Assembly (NCBI GenBank): GCA_951406725.2
Contig: OX597822.1
Location: 55,118,001-55,182,000, forward strand
Source: Octopus vulgaris
Taxonomy: Eukaryota
Direction: 5' to 3'
DNA length: 64,000 nt
Part shown: positions 25,201-62,599 of the stretch, piece after piece
Numbering within the stretch: position 1 is the stretch's first letter
Layout of the letters: each line of letters opens with the position of its first letter
The notes under the pieces: generated by a model
Database searches by the model: none
The model's input: only the letters and a program-made list of their open reading frames with translations
What the model was told of the DNA's origin: nothing
Position numbers and translations under genes: made by a program

Positions 25201-25291
25201 TCTGATTGAAATTCGCAATCAGTTTATTGAATATTTTAATTCTTCTCTAGTGGACTATTTTACAATGGTCATGTACAAGGATGTGCAATAA
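451..25291 (+). CDS. BUB1: BUB1/BUBR1 (MadBub-type) mitotic checkpoint Ser/Thr kinase, 3' 14 coding exons; 5' part lies upstream of the window
   Basis: Exons 451-568, 2697-2868, 4505-4631, 5330-5456, 7837-7897, 10579-10907, 11501-11751, 12875-12993, 15013-15099, 19458-19547, 20490-20650, 22094-22262, 23800-23906, 25126-25291. All have AG/GT boundaries with compatible phases and join into one open frame ending TAA 25289-25291. Bub1 kinase motifs: VALK, WEFYI, HGDIKPDN, LIDFG.AIDM, TSGFQCIEM...PWSYQTD. Confidence 0.95.
1073..1256 (+). repeat. 184-bp direct repeat, copy 1 (copy 2 at 3252-3435)
   Basis: 4 mismatches between copies; near-identical spurious ORFs at 1075 and 3245. Confidence 0.9.
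2697..2868 (+). CDS. BUB1: BUB1 exon (EPQERSLKNASSRD...KEGQK)
   Basis: caccag acceptor, gtattt donor, phase 2 to 0. Confidence 0.75.
3252..3435 (+). repeat. 184-bp direct repeat, copy 2
   Basis: Matches 1073-1256. Confidence 0.9.
4505..4631 (+). CDS. BUB1: BUB1 exon with CD1-like motif (APSTTLNTMEAMEVVRGFY)
   Basis: Polypyrimidine tract plus ccag, gtattt donor; resembles Bub1 CD1 PSPTVHTKEALGFIMNMF. Confidence 0.85.
5330..5456 (+). CDS. BUB1: BUB1 exon with ABBA-like FVICED
   Basis: tttccag acceptor (NAGNAG), gtaaga donor; its phase 1 to 2 is required to bridge the neighbouring exons. Confidence 0.8.
5940..6800 (-). mobile_element. piggyBac-like transposon relic, internally deleted; boundaries approximate
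   Basis: ORF 6060..6479: acidic N-terminus, PLDFF.FLP..LFE.I..ETN.YA, joined to a decayed C-terminal Cys-rich domain (C..VAVCRMGCFTSFH). Confidence 0.7.
7837..7897 (+). CDS. BUB1: BUB1 exon (SSNSNFKGGISIGRLDKEKN)
   Basis: ccacag acceptor, gtaaga donor; only the phase-2 frame is open. Confidence 0.75.
10579..10907 (+). CDS. BUB1: BUB1 exon with ABBA motif FQIYED and VSTPFH motif
   Basis: ctgtag acceptor, gttagt donor; overlaps ORF 10609..10962. Confidence 0.9.
11501..11751 (+). CDS. BUB1: BUB1 exon completing KARD (MSPIKERSNE) and the kinase N-terminal extension
   Basis: gtgtag acceptor, gtgagt donor; overlaps ORF 11481..11813. Confidence 0.9.
12230..12600 (-). mobile_element. mariner transposase fragment
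   Basis: EPFLSRIITSDEKQILYD...PKPGLHPKSVML matches the mariner catalytic-domain start (RIVTGDEKW, HPKKVML). Confidence 0.8.
12875..12993 (+). CDS. BUB1: BUB1 kinase exon: Gly-loop and VALK
   Basis: poly-T cag acceptor, gtaatt donor; YWRGFIEKQVAKGGNGQIYKL...DVALK. Confidence 0.9.
14043..14173 (-). ncRNA. Type I hammerhead ribozyme motif in a (TA)n-flanked, probably Penelope-derived element
   Basis: Minus strand: CTGATGA, 12-bp stem II (ggcctatggtta/tagccataggct) with a long loop, GAAAC agct GTA; stem I weak. Confidence 0.6.
15013..15099 (+). CDS. BUB1: BUB1 kinase exon: alphaC helix
   Basis: VMKFSNFWEFYICNEIQERLKK; tag acceptor, gtaatt donor. Confidence 0.92.
16807..17165 (+). mobile_element. 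tRNA-derived SINE, family A (ggcgcagga.tggctgtgtggtaag head). Other copies: about 1890-2255(-), 8156-8400(+), 15150-15462(-), 18225-18590(-), 23320-23500(-)
   Basis: Pol III A/B-box-like head (tggc..tgtgg; ggttcagtccc) and a shared body seen many times in the window. Confidence 0.8.
17299..17780. mobile_element. hAT/Charlie-like MITE
   Basis: Termini CAGTGTTTCTCAA ... TTGAGAACCACTG; no clean TSD. Confidence 0.5.
19458..19547 (+). CDS. BUB1: BUB1 kinase exon: hinge
   Basis: SSCYPVIKDAYLYNNGSILITPFYKHGTLL; atcag acceptor, gtatgt donor. Confidence 0.88.
20490..20650 (+). CDS. BUB1: BUB1 kinase exon: catalytic loop
   Basis: LHKCKIIHGDIKPDNIVI; tgtag acceptor, gtatgg donor. Confidence 0.95.
20900..21400 (+). 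mobile_element. SINE family C with internal ~65-bp tandem units and (GAT)n tail. Other copies: about 5010-5254, 8490-8833, 44455-44640 (+), 15716-15925 (-)
   Basis: Shared ggcgttaggaagggcatccagctgtagaaa core and ccaacccatgctagcatgga...cgttaaacgatgatgat tail. Confidence 0.8.
22094..22262 (+). CDS. BUB1: BUB1 kinase exon: DFG and activation segment
   Basis: LTLIDFGEAIDM...TSGFQCIEMKTDRPWSYQ; AAG acceptor chosen by phase, gtgaat donor. Confidence 0.92.
23800..23906 (+). CDS. BUB1: BUB1 kinase exon: alphaF region
   Basis: TDMFGILGTIHTVLFGKYMNV; tgcag acceptor, gtaaat donor. Confidence 0.93.
24108..24686. mobile_element. Foldback MITE with ~250-bp inverted arms, AACCCT-containing spacer and 8-bp TSD GGATAATG
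   Basis: GGATCTTTACC...GGTAAAGATCT termini; TSD at 24100-24107 and 24687-24694. Confidence 0.85.
25126..25291 (+). CDS. BUB1: BUB1 last coding exon
   Basis: KWNIPLWKQLFHDLLNIPS...KDVQ then TAA; tctag acceptor. Confidence 0.92.
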
Positions 25292-25509
25292 GCTGGTGTA
25301 GACAATGGCCCTCTGGACAGTCTTTTAATACTTAAACCATTGTGTATTTTGTGTGTGTGTAAGTGAGTGTGTCTGTCTGTATACTGTGAAAGTAAACTGT
25401 GTGAGTTGGTTGAAGCTGCAGAACAAATTGCTTTTTGTTCTGAGTTCCAATTTCATGGGTGTTTTAAAAATTTAGTTTTTTAATTTTTTATTCTTTTGTA
25501 TGTTGATAA

Positions 25510-25515
25510 AATAAA
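25510..25515 (+). promoter_or_regulatory. Candidate polyadenylation signal of BUB1
   Basis: AATAAA about 220 nt after the stop; a more distal AATAAA at 28102-28107 is also possible. Confidence 0.4.
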
Positions 25516-25766
25516 TACTATTCAAAGTCCCGAAAACCAATTTAATCATCTCTTCCACAAGATATGTGACTATATGCCAGTGTAAGGAATGAAGTGGATT
25601 GGCAGAAATAAGAGTAAGATGAAACAAACTCCTTTTTTTTTTTTTTTTTTTTCATTCATCAAGGGATCACAAACTGTGATGTATTTCACTATGTCCACAC
25701 TAGGAATCTCTGTCTTCTATTTAGCTTTGATAGGTCTTTAATTTCATGTTGTGCATCTCTGTTGGG

Positions 25767-26101
25767 GTGTGAAAATTTCCAAAATACAATTTATCTGATA
25801 TAGCCTGACTACAATGACTGATCTGCAGAACTAATCCTGTGTTGAGATGGGAGAAAGGTCTCCATAAAATCTCTGAATTAGGGCATGGAAACTTCCAAAA
25901 TACAATATCTCATATAGCTTAACTATAATGGAAATGACCTGCAAAACGAATCCTGCAATGAGATAGAAATGTCTCCATAAATCTTTGAATTAAGGTGTGG
26001 AAACTTCCTAAATACAATATCTTATACAGCTTGACTACGATGGCAGTGATCTGCTAAACGAACCCTGCATTGAGATGGGAGAAAGGCCTCCATAAATCTC
26101 T
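25767..26101 (+). repeat. Three diverged tandem copies of a ~113-bp unit
   Basis: Recurring ttccaaaatacaat...atagc..gacta.aatg...tgagatgggagaaaggtctccataaa. Confidence 0.75.
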
Positions 26102-26744
26102 GGTTTTGTGCACATGCCAGATATTTTGAAGTTGGTGATTTCAAATGCTTTGGATCCTGTGTTGCTGACATAAAAGGTACAAACCTTGAGTGCTTGTAAC
26201 AAGTTCCAAAGCCTCTGGTATTTAAGTATTTCAAAGTCAACTAGGCTGGCCTTTGTCAGAGCATGTGTAGGGAACCTTCTCTGGAAGATGAAGGTGGTAC
26301 TTTTCAGTATATTTATCTATGTTGGTTCACATTCTGTGTTCAAATCCTTACTGGCTTTGTTTTTCATTCCTTTGAGGCTAAATAGGCATCAGTCAAATAT
26401 TTGGGTCAGTTTGATTGACAACCCTCTCCCTCACTACCCCTTACCTACTATATACAGAAAATGGTAAAATTTTTCTCTTTGTGTTTCATCTACCTAGTGT
26501 TGATTATATAACTGTCAGTTTTGTTCAGGTGCAGGGGTTAATTTGTAATCAACTACACTATCTTTTTCTGAATTTGAAATCCATTTCAACTACAGGTAGA
26601 ACATTGAGTTAGCGGAACTTTGGTTCCAAATCTTTTCGTAATTAGAGGTGACCATACTATGTCACCTCTAAATAAATGAAATATGGATACATGTACACTG
26701 GTATAAATGATACAAATTTATTAATACTGTACAGTGCTGGTGAA

Positions 26745-27077
26745 GGCGCATGGCTCAGTGGTTAGGGCGTCAAGCTCACGATCGTGAGGTTGTGAGCTCG
26801 AATCCCGAATCGGGCTGTGTGTTGTGTTCTTGAGCAAGACACTTTATTTCACATTGCTCCAGTTCACTCAGCTGTAGAAATAATTTCTACATTACTGGTG
26901 CCAAGCTGTATCGACCCTTGCCTTTCCCTTGGATAACACTGGTGGTGTGGTTAGGGGAGGCCGGTATGCATGGGTGACTGCTGGTCTTCCATAAACAACC
27001 TTGCCCGGACTTGTGCCTGGGAGGGTAACTTTCTAGGTGCAATCCCATGGTCAGTGTCATGACCGAAGGGGGTCTCG
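26745..27077 (+). mobile_element. tRNA-derived SINE
   Basis: tRNA-like head ggcgcatggctcagtggttagg...ctcgaatccc followed by the ttgagcaagacacttt core. Confidence 0.75.
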
Positions 27078-27231
27078 ATCAACTGTACTGTGAAACAGCC
27101 ACCCAGTAAACAAGTATGATGGCTATGAGAATTTGAATTTCCTGCTTGTAAATTAGTGCAGATTATAAGAGTTTCTGGACCATAAGTCTCCAGAAAGTTG
27201 GTGCACCTCTATGTAAAATATGAATATATAT

Positions 27232-27432
27232 ATACGAGCTGAAAAGTTTCTGGCTTTGGGTAAAAGAAAATACAGGAGGATCAGTTAATTATTATTTTAT
27301 TCAACATATTCTTCTGTCTTATTCACATATGTATCACAGTGGTCTTTCAGTTTTTCTAAGCTCTGTGAAAGAACTGATGGTTTGACTTTCATGATACTCT
27401 CAAAACCAGGAACTTTATAGTACCCCCTCGTA
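27232..27432. mobile_element. mariner-type MITE
   Basis: TA-flanked imperfect TIRs tacgag..ctgaaaagtttctgg / ccaggaactttatagtaccccctcgta. Confidence 0.6.
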
Positions 27433-28959
27433 TATGTGTATATGTATATATATAACAAATTAGCTAGCTGTTAAATAACCACCTAAGGGATATTAAATAT
27501 CCGAAGAAATTACTAATTTTTATTATCTATATCAATATATGAATGTGTGTATTATGTTATAGAACTAGATGCTAATATATTTAAATTTAGGAATTTACGT
27601 AATTTCAGTTAGATTATTTATTTATGATGAAGCTTGCTCTCAAAAAGGTTAGCAATTATAAAAAATTTTCAATTGCTATTTTTTGTGAAATATTTTTTAA
27701 AATGTCATATTTAAACGGGATTTTATTATTCTTGATAAACTTGGTTTTATTAATGAAGTGGAAACAGCTGTAATTTATGAGATGTGTCATTTGTTTGTAT
27801 AAAATAATGAAATTGAATTGAATTTATCATTTAATGATTAAATTATTTAATTGTTCAATTTATTGTTTTGGTTTCCATTTCTAATTTATATTTATGTTGA
27901 TAGATAGATATGTGAGAAAAAGAGAGACAGCACTGTAGTAGATAATTCTTTTTTCTTGTGAGTTTTGATGTCATTGTATAAATGTCATGTAATATTTTCT
28001 TACTTGTTCATATGTCCTAAACATTGTGTACATAGTCCGAACAGGTGTTGCCCAAGTATACCCACAGCTAGGTAGCTGCAGACAGCTGTAATCAAAAGAC
28101 TAATAAAAAACCACTAATTGGAGTATATATCACCTCTTGAAGCTATTGTTTTTAATTTATTTGTTCCTTTTCTCTCTAATAGCTATTTACCTTTCTAGTG
28201 AAATTTTAGTCTCAGTGTTGTTGATTGATTTCCGAAACAAAATCATTTTCCTAGCTTTTCCCTGCACCACCTCAGTCTCACTCCTCTTCTGTGTACAGAG
28301 TACAGATACCAGTTTGCTCTTTGCAAGTCTTCATAAGTTTTTAAACATTATCACAACCACCATCTCTGGTATCATCACCACCAATATAATTACTGCTGCC
28401 ATCAGCATAATCATCACCATCATCATAATTACTTATAAAACAATGATAGGGATGACAACAAATTTTATTCATATCTAAAAAAAAAAATCATTTTATATGG
28501 TATTTTTTTATGCAACATACTTTGGACAGATCTGACAACATTTCATCGCTTGTCGCGGTCCTATGACATCTGGCATATACAACAAAGAGAAAACTGCTAT
28601 TTTTGTTTCTGGAAACCCTATCCCTTGTGTGTGCTGGCTACATTTTATGATAACCCACAATCCTCATTGGGTGCATTTTAGTGTACCATCTGCAGTGGAA
28701 AAGTATAATGTATCTAGTCCTTGTAATTGTTTTACGTTCATTTTTCCATACTAGCATGGAATATATATATTATTGAAGAACCGTTTTAACTGTTGGATAC
28801 CCTTCTGTCGCTAACACTTAACTTATTATTTCACTCATTTTTGAAAGTTTAGAACCAGAAGATAACTTTCTGATGAAGAATCACAGCATATCAACATTCA
28901 CACACGCATATAACAGGTTTCTGTATGCAATTTCTGTCAATCAGTTACTTTCACAAAGT

Positions 28960-29195
28960 ACTTATTTCTTTATTGCCCACAAGGGGCTAAACAGAAAGGG
29001 GACAAACAAGGACAGACAAAGGGATTAAGTCGATTACATCGACCCCAGTGTGTAACTGGTACTTAATTTATCGACCCCGAAAGGGTGAAAAGTAAAGTTG
29101 ACCTCGACGGATATTTGAACTCAGAACGTAACGGCAGACGAAATACCGGTATGCATTTCGCCCGTTGTGCTAACGTTTCTGCCAGCTCGCCGCCT
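28960..29195 (-). mobile_element. SINE family B (aaggcggcgagctggcagaa head; cctttcatcctttcggggtcgataaa core). Other copies: about 3436-3650, 37569-37790, 46767-46990 (+), 48056-48203 (-)
   Basis: Repeated many times in the window; the 48056-48203 copy is flanked by a 17-bp near-perfect TSD acattaact(a/g)gaatatt. Confidence 0.8.
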
Positions 29196-29979
29196 TTCCT
29201 GACCACACAACCATGCCTATGCCTGTATATAATTAATAAAAATGGTGATGGATGATAGAATTGCAACAAAACCACACTATATACTTATAGCAGATATACA
29301 ACTGCTTCATAGCCGAGAATCAAAACCTCAGTTTCCACGTTCATTTTCATTGCCATCAGAGTGTGCACTTAAAAATATTTGTTTAACCTGTCAAATTCGC
29401 CGTCAACTAGAGTTTAATCTAGATAAGTTATTCAATTCTTATTTCAGTCACTGTAGCTTTAACAGAGATAATGTAGAGACGATTCTTTAATCTCTCAGGA
29501 CGAGGCAGCCTCTCTAGTGCTGGTACCAGTATAAAATGCATCCAGTACACTTTGCAATAGGCTAAGAGTTAGGAGCATTATCCATCCAAAGAAACCATGG
29601 GAAGATTGGAACGTATGATATGGGTTACAATCTGTATAAGAGGGCAAGTAACTCTGAATAAGAACCTCAAACGTGACGACCTGTCTAATCCATATAAGTC
29701 TGAGAAGTGGGCATAAAACTGATGACTGTTGCATATATGATACTTGAAATTATGTAACAAAATTTTAAAAACTATTAACCTAAAATTTTCATTTCTCTAC
29801 ATGAGGCAATTATTCTATCTCATAAATTATACACGCCTTGTAACTTAATAAATATTTATAAATATTTTAGATTATTTTTCTTTTCTCGAAAGAATGCCAT
29901 ATGACAATACAGTTTTGTGGAAATAAATTATATGAAAGGGGCCTATGATTTTTTTATGAAGCATTAGCTAAGATTTTGT

Positions 29980-30743
29980 GGAGCTACCTTGACGTGCGCT
30001 CTACAACTGAAAGGGCGATTACTTTTTAGATTAATTTGTGGTAGTGTTACATTGCCGCGTGATCTACGCGAGCTAATTTACTTTGGTGTGAGATCTACGC
30101 GCTTATTTTAATTATTATATTGTTTATTCTTGGTTTATTTATTTACTAGGACATAAATGAAACTTGGTTTTATTATTATTAAAATAATTTTATTGATGAA
30201 TTGAACGAACATCTGCTAGAGACGCAAGAAAAAGGTCTTCAGCACTCTTCCTCATCTGTAGCCAAAAGAAATAGTGAAGGTGAGATTGGAAGGGCTTTGA
30301 ATTAAAGAAAGATGCAGATAGCCGCTATTTTTATGTAGAAAAAAATCGTGAAACACTTGAACCCGTAATTCAAAGAGAAATTGCCAAACATTCGAGTATT
30401 CATTCCGATGAGATGACCAGCATACTTCAATTTAAATTTATCTAATTTTTTTCTCATTCTATTGCAAACCACCAAAGATATTATGTTTATCCAAATACTG
30501 GAACCAATACTCAAATAACTGAAAGAACTTGGTTGGATTCGAAAATTCGTATTTTGAAAAAGATGATTCTTTTTGCTGGCTGCAGACGGGGAAGAGTGCT
30601 GAAGACCTTTTTCTTGTGTTTCTAGCAAATGTTCGCTCAATTCATCGATAAAATGATCATACACCAAAGTAGCACTAGCACAAAATAAACTAAAATGTAA
30701 GCTAAAGTAATCGCCCTTGTAAATCACACGCCAAAGATGCACC
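29980..30743. mobile_element. Non-autonomous Merlin-like DNA transposon with perfect 8-bp TSD GATTTTGT
   Basis: GG-initial TIRs ggagctaccttgacgtg / cacgccaaagatgcacc; subterminal repeats; TSD at 29972-29979 and 30744-30751. Confidence 0.75.
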
Positions 30744-30866
30744 GATTTTGTTTTCTTGAGTTCGTATTTTTTTAAATACTTTATTTATCACGACCAATCA
30801 GTAGGGATGTCCAAATTTTCTCGCAATGACCATTCCAGTATTCTAATCTAGCTGGCATAGAATACA

Positions 30867-30902
<36 letters not shown>

Positions 30903-32151
30903 GATATGTGTGTGTGTGTATAAGTTCAGTAAAATTTAGATTCAGTTGAATATGGTACTTAAGTTAAAGGCACCAGAATTTAATATGGTATCATCCATAT
31001 AATTCAAAATGGGGTGGTTATAATCAAAATAAGCAACAAGGATGTAATATTTGTATTGTTCAATCAAATGGCGTCGCATGAAACGATCGTACTGCATTAC
31101 CTCTGGATATCCTTGTTGCTTATTTTGATTATATATATATGTGTGTATGTATGTATGTATATGGATATATATATATATGCCTATGGATATATATATATAT
31201 AGTGTAATAAATAAAAATATATGCATATATATGTACGTACCTACATCTACATGTATATATACATGCATATATAAATATATATATGTGAGTACAGGACACC
31301 ACAAATAGACGCAGAACGAAAACGTAAAAACAAGCATGGAACGAACCTTTTTTTACAAAGAAAAAAACAGAGTACTAGAAAAACTACACAAGGAAAAATC
31401 CCCTTCATCAGCTGTCCCTAGTTCAACTCCAGCGTGTTGAAGGTGAGGACAGAACACGACTCATCGAACTACCCCTTCCTGCGAAGAAATTAAAGGAAAT
31501 TACTTCGCAGAGGGGTAAAAACAAGGAAAGAACAAAATGTGACACAAACAGGACGTAAAAACGATACAAATAAAATTACAAAATAAAATACAAAATGAAA
31601 TAGCTTAATGAATTGCTACAGAATGCTTTTGTTGCGGAGGGGAATATCTTTTATGCTGCTTATAAATATATAAATAGCATGTACTGAAAATTCACACACA
31701 TTTTTCTAAACATGAGAATTGTTTTGCTTAATTAAAAATAATATATTTCAACTTTCAGTTGTTTGTTAATTCCTTAGCTAGCTGCCTTTTTTGTTCATTC
31801 CTTCGTAACCCATTTCTGTCAAACGTTTAATCTAACAACTAAAATGTCACCAAATGTGGAGAGAGAGAGAGAGAGTTCTGTTTTATCTAACGACATACAA
31901 AGCACAAACAACTATTGATATGCTACTGCCGTTTTACACGGCAATCTAAGGATTATCCGACAATCCGGCACATCATGCACAACCACTACTACACAATTGC
32001 AACAAACAATTCTTGAGACTAATACAGGCACTCTTGTTCTGCCGAACACCTGCTTACATTCACACCTGCATAACTACACCTGGTCTGTGCTGTTGGCACT
32101 CTTTCATTGCCACTCCTGCTCTGCTGCACGATTGCATAACATCAGAGAAAA

Positions 32152-58459
<26,308 letters not shown>

Positions 58460-58744
58460 CTGCCGAAAAAGAATGAAGAACATTAGTTATACATACATAC
58501 ATACATACATACATACATACATACATACATACATACATACATACATACATACATACATACATACGATAACACTGAACACTGAGAATGAGTGCGCAACACC
58601 ACACTGGTGAACATATATTCTTTATTTGTGGTTTAACATCCAAGATGAAGACGAGTACCAACGTTCCATGTAGGCGGGTTGATAATTGCTGAGAAATTTC
58701 TCTCTGCATGAAACCAATGGTAGTCTTGCTGACGCACATATAAA

Positions 58745-58793
<49 letters not shown>

Positions 58794-59699
58794 AACAAAG
58801 GCGCGCGCACACACACACACACTCACACACACACACACACACACTCACACTCATACACACACAAATGAATTTGCATACAATATAAAATACACAATACTAA
58901 GAAGAGAACGCATACCTTTTTTAACTCGACGGCTGTTTCTGGAAATTCGGAATTACGTAATGATTGTTATGTACATGTCTATTAGACGGAATGTGCAAAA
59001 CGTTATGGCTATACCGCCAGTGAATTGTCGCATAGAGATATTACCATTCGAAAGAATTTGGCTATAGCAGTCTAGGTAGTTATGCGAGAAATTTAAAGGT
59101 TGAAGTGGAAACGAGGAAGGAGTAAAAGGCATGGAAAGGGTAGATATAAGCAGATTAGGGAGGGGAAGTAGAGAAGGAGAGAAGTAGAAGAGCAAGAAGA
59201 GATACATGGTGGGGAGAAGTAGGAGGAGGTCAGTAATCGGGGAAGTGAATGGAGGTAGAAGAGATGAGCCTGAGGGAGGAGGCCAATATGGTGAAAGGTG
59301 GCGCCACTGGTTGTGGTATGTCTCTATGCAGATCTTAAATCAGCTAGGGATGGCCGCTAGCTATAGAGAAAGACAGGAAGAGAGAATGAGTGAAATAAAG
59401 GAATGGAGGTGAGGGTAGCCGAGGAAGGAGGTTGTTGTGAAAGGTACGAGGAAAATAGAGTTGAGTAGACTGAGTTTATTAGAGATGGGAGCTGGAAAGA
59501 ATTCAAAGAATAAGAGTAGGGTAGTGGTGGAGGAAGATATTCTGAGATATGGAGAAAGGTGTAAGGAGAAGAGAGAGAGAGAGAATTTCTTTATTCACCA
59601 TAAGGTTGAGAAAAAGAGGGGACAATACGGGGACAGACAAAACAAACGTTGGGGTCAGGGCATCGAATGAGACGAAACATATGAATAATCAAACAATTA

Positions 59700-60660
59700 A
59701 AATATATACAATTAAATGAGAATGAATGAATAACAAAAAATGAAGCGGAGGACGCGGTTGACCCCACAAACCACATACCCACATTGAAGACTTTGCTTTA
59801 TCCTTTTTTACATTCTCGATTAAACAGGTTCTTTCACTCGCAACATACTTGCTATAGACTTCCATCTTTTACGAAACACACTTTGCGACAGGCATTTCTT
59901 CTCCAGCCTTATTTTCCGTTTCATTTGGAAAACGAAAAAGTCGATTAGCTCGAGACTGGAGATAAACATGCCTGTTGCAATTCCTTTCACTCTCGTCTTC
60001 CATACTACTTCTTTCGCCACAGCAACTACCGAGAGAAAACAGGCTCGCACCTTCCTATTCAGGGAGGTCGGAGGAACTATCTTAATTACAGATTCGCTCG
60101 ACAGGTTGTACTCTTCTCGAATGCGACAGCAGGTGTTCGACATAAGCCCAGAGTTCAGTCACCTTGGGGCATTGCACAATCGCGTGCATGACAGTTTCAC
60201 TGTCCCTCTCACATCTTGCACAAACCGGCGAAATTGCACACATATGTCTGAAGAGCTTATCTCGAACCGGTAAAGCTCCTCTGTAACATTGCCAGGCCAG
60301 GGACTTTTGGTAATTATCTATAGGCCCCGGACCGAATGTTCTTTGGAACAGGCTGGCCAATTGACTTTCGTCGAAGGCCAGGGTTTCTCCCAGGACGTCG
60401 TCACACTTAAACTCTACTAACCCTCTATAGAAGAACGAGGTAGTACCCCCGCCATCGGCGTTGCCCGACTGGGAGAGAAGCACGAGTGCCTGATGGCACT
60501 CTACATGCCACACGCCCAACCTCGGTCTACACTTGATCCATGGGTTCAGTTTGGTAAACGATGTGAACTGTGGAAGTAACAGACTGACGAACGGAGACCA
60601 CATCTGCTCACCGTCCAAGTAAAGCCAGAGGTACCTAAGCCTGAACGCAGCTGCAAACAT
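59700..60660 (-). mobile_element. 3' fragment of an L1/Tx1-type non-LTR retrotransposon
   Basis: ORFs 60082..60660 and 59820..60143 with an RT-associated zinc-binding motif (W...RGALPVR..L..C.RC...ET..H....C....LW). Confidence 0.8.
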
Positions 60661-60699
60661 AGCTAAGTGATAAGTTAGGGCTTAATATTTGGGAAAGAT

Positions 60700-61700
60700 T
60701 ACAGATACTTTGCTTAATAGGCAAAGATGTAGTAAAATTTATGTTAACACGAAAGATTACGTCAAGGTACCTAATGACTAATGAAGTGTTATGGCGGCGG
60801 AGAATAGCGACCGGTTTTTTTTAACACAATTTACAAACAAGGTGGTTAGTATTGTACGGAGAAATCTCTCAAACAATGAACCAGGATAAGGTACAGCGAA
60901 TATTCCGGGACTTGAAGTTGTGTATGTAGCTACCGAGGTTGAGAGTTTAGAGGCTCGCTTTTTAAACGAATTCATGTGAACTCCAATAGCGGCGCTTGAA
61001 ATCAACTGTGCCGCGAATGTAGTTCCTAGCCTGGTGGGAACATAATGTTATTACCCGGCATTTATATTCTACATTATATCATACACAAAAACCATCCAAC
61101 AGGCAAAGTTGGGAGACTCGGAAATTGCAGGTTTTCCTACCAGCTGTGGGCTGGATTGATCCGTGACCTGGTCTTGTTCATATGATCTGTTATCCTCAAA
61201 GAACCTGAGATGTTATTACTAGTGTTGGGCTGGAAGTGGGTGGTAGTCAGGTATCTAGTAGCCGGGGTGGTTGTAATGAGGTTACTATTATTGAAGTGGG
61301 TAAGGTTTCCGAGGTTGTAGTATTATTATTATCAGGTAGGTTGGGATGGGTTCAGAAGGATAGATCGTAGGGCTCACCGTAAGGAGACTTCGTTTGTGCC
61401 TATTAGAGGATGCGATTATGTATTCCAAGTTTGGTGTTACAGAGTAGCAGATTTTAATCGGAGATTTATTAAAGGTGAAGTTGTATTTATGTTGTGGTGG
61501 GAAATTGGAGCTTTGGATTTTGAAAAATAGCTTGGATAAATATTTAAATTGAAGAGACATTGTTGCGTGAACCATAAGATCTCCCGCTTTCTGCCCTTGG
61601 AAGGTGTAGCAGAAGTGTGTAATGCTTTTATTATGTTAGGTTGTTTAAGTTTAAATACAGCAGAATGGGCTCACCGAACCTTTTCTTTCCATTGAGTCAA
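60700..61700 (-). mobile_element. Heavily decayed Penelope-like RT C-terminus and GIY-YIG region
   Basis: FPPQHKYNFTFNKSPIKICYSVTPNLEYII resembles the PLE FP..H....FN...K.SYS..PN...II motif; many stops. Confidence 0.6.
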
Positions 61701-62599
61701 ATGATCCAGTGGTTTTCCAAACTAGTTGCATGTATTGGTCGGTTACTAACTGTCAAATCACGTGTTTGCAACACTTTGTTTTCAACGTGGGTAAGACCAC
61801 TTTGTCTCTGGAGCCTACCCAAGGTTATAAGAACCCGTGTATTGTTTCGCTTCGTCTTTGGCAGCAGCCATTGACCACACAACACGTCTCTTTGGACCAG
61901 CAACGATGAACCAGACACCAGCCTGTAAAACAACTTTCTTCAACCAGCCTTCTCCGGTATTCATTGTTACCACAACAGACAGCAGACCACAGCCCCAACA
62001 ACAGACCTAGCAGAACTGAAGTCATTTAAATCCTTGTCTCAGAGTGTAATTTAATTATCATTCTCTTTTGGTAATCTTATTTTTATAACAAGAGGAATAA
62101 ATCGTCGCTTATTCGACTTATCCAAATCTTAACGTTTGATTACTTCTTTCTCTGTTATAAGGATTTAGTACGCGGTGGTGTGATGAGTAGGCCTACTTAG
62201 GGAGGTTTGGAGTTATCTAACCTTCGAGACGGCCAGAAAACCGGGTGAGTGCTGGGCATAGAGGAGTTCAGTTTCAGATTGAGGGGATGCGAGCAGGTAG
62301 AAGTAAACCTGGCGGGGCCAGGATCTGCACTGGGAAAGAGAAATGCGAGTTTTATTTTTAGTAGAAATATCGCGGAAGCTGCTGATTTGAAGTGCTGCGT
62401 TGTAATATAAGGCATGATTATTAAAGATATCATCATTTGCTGATGTGTTAGAAATCTTGATAGAAACACTAGTGATTGCAGAGGATGCTGATTGGATAGG
62501 ATGCTGATGTACAGGAGTGACTCGGTTTATGGTAAGGGTAAATTAGTCTTGGCCACTTTGATTCTATAGTCGATGTCAAGTAGACATGTAAACGTATTC

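Noticed and set aside
26745-26820. tRNA-like sequences here and at 45333-45405
   Set aside because: They are SINE heads followed by SINE bodies, not complete tRNA cloverleafs
58659-58703. Possible 45-nt minus-strand exon (REISQQLSTRLHGTL) upstream of the IEYNF exon
   Set aside because: No resemblance to the expected TRPA1 VLD.C segment and a weak donor; upstream exons probably lie beyond the window
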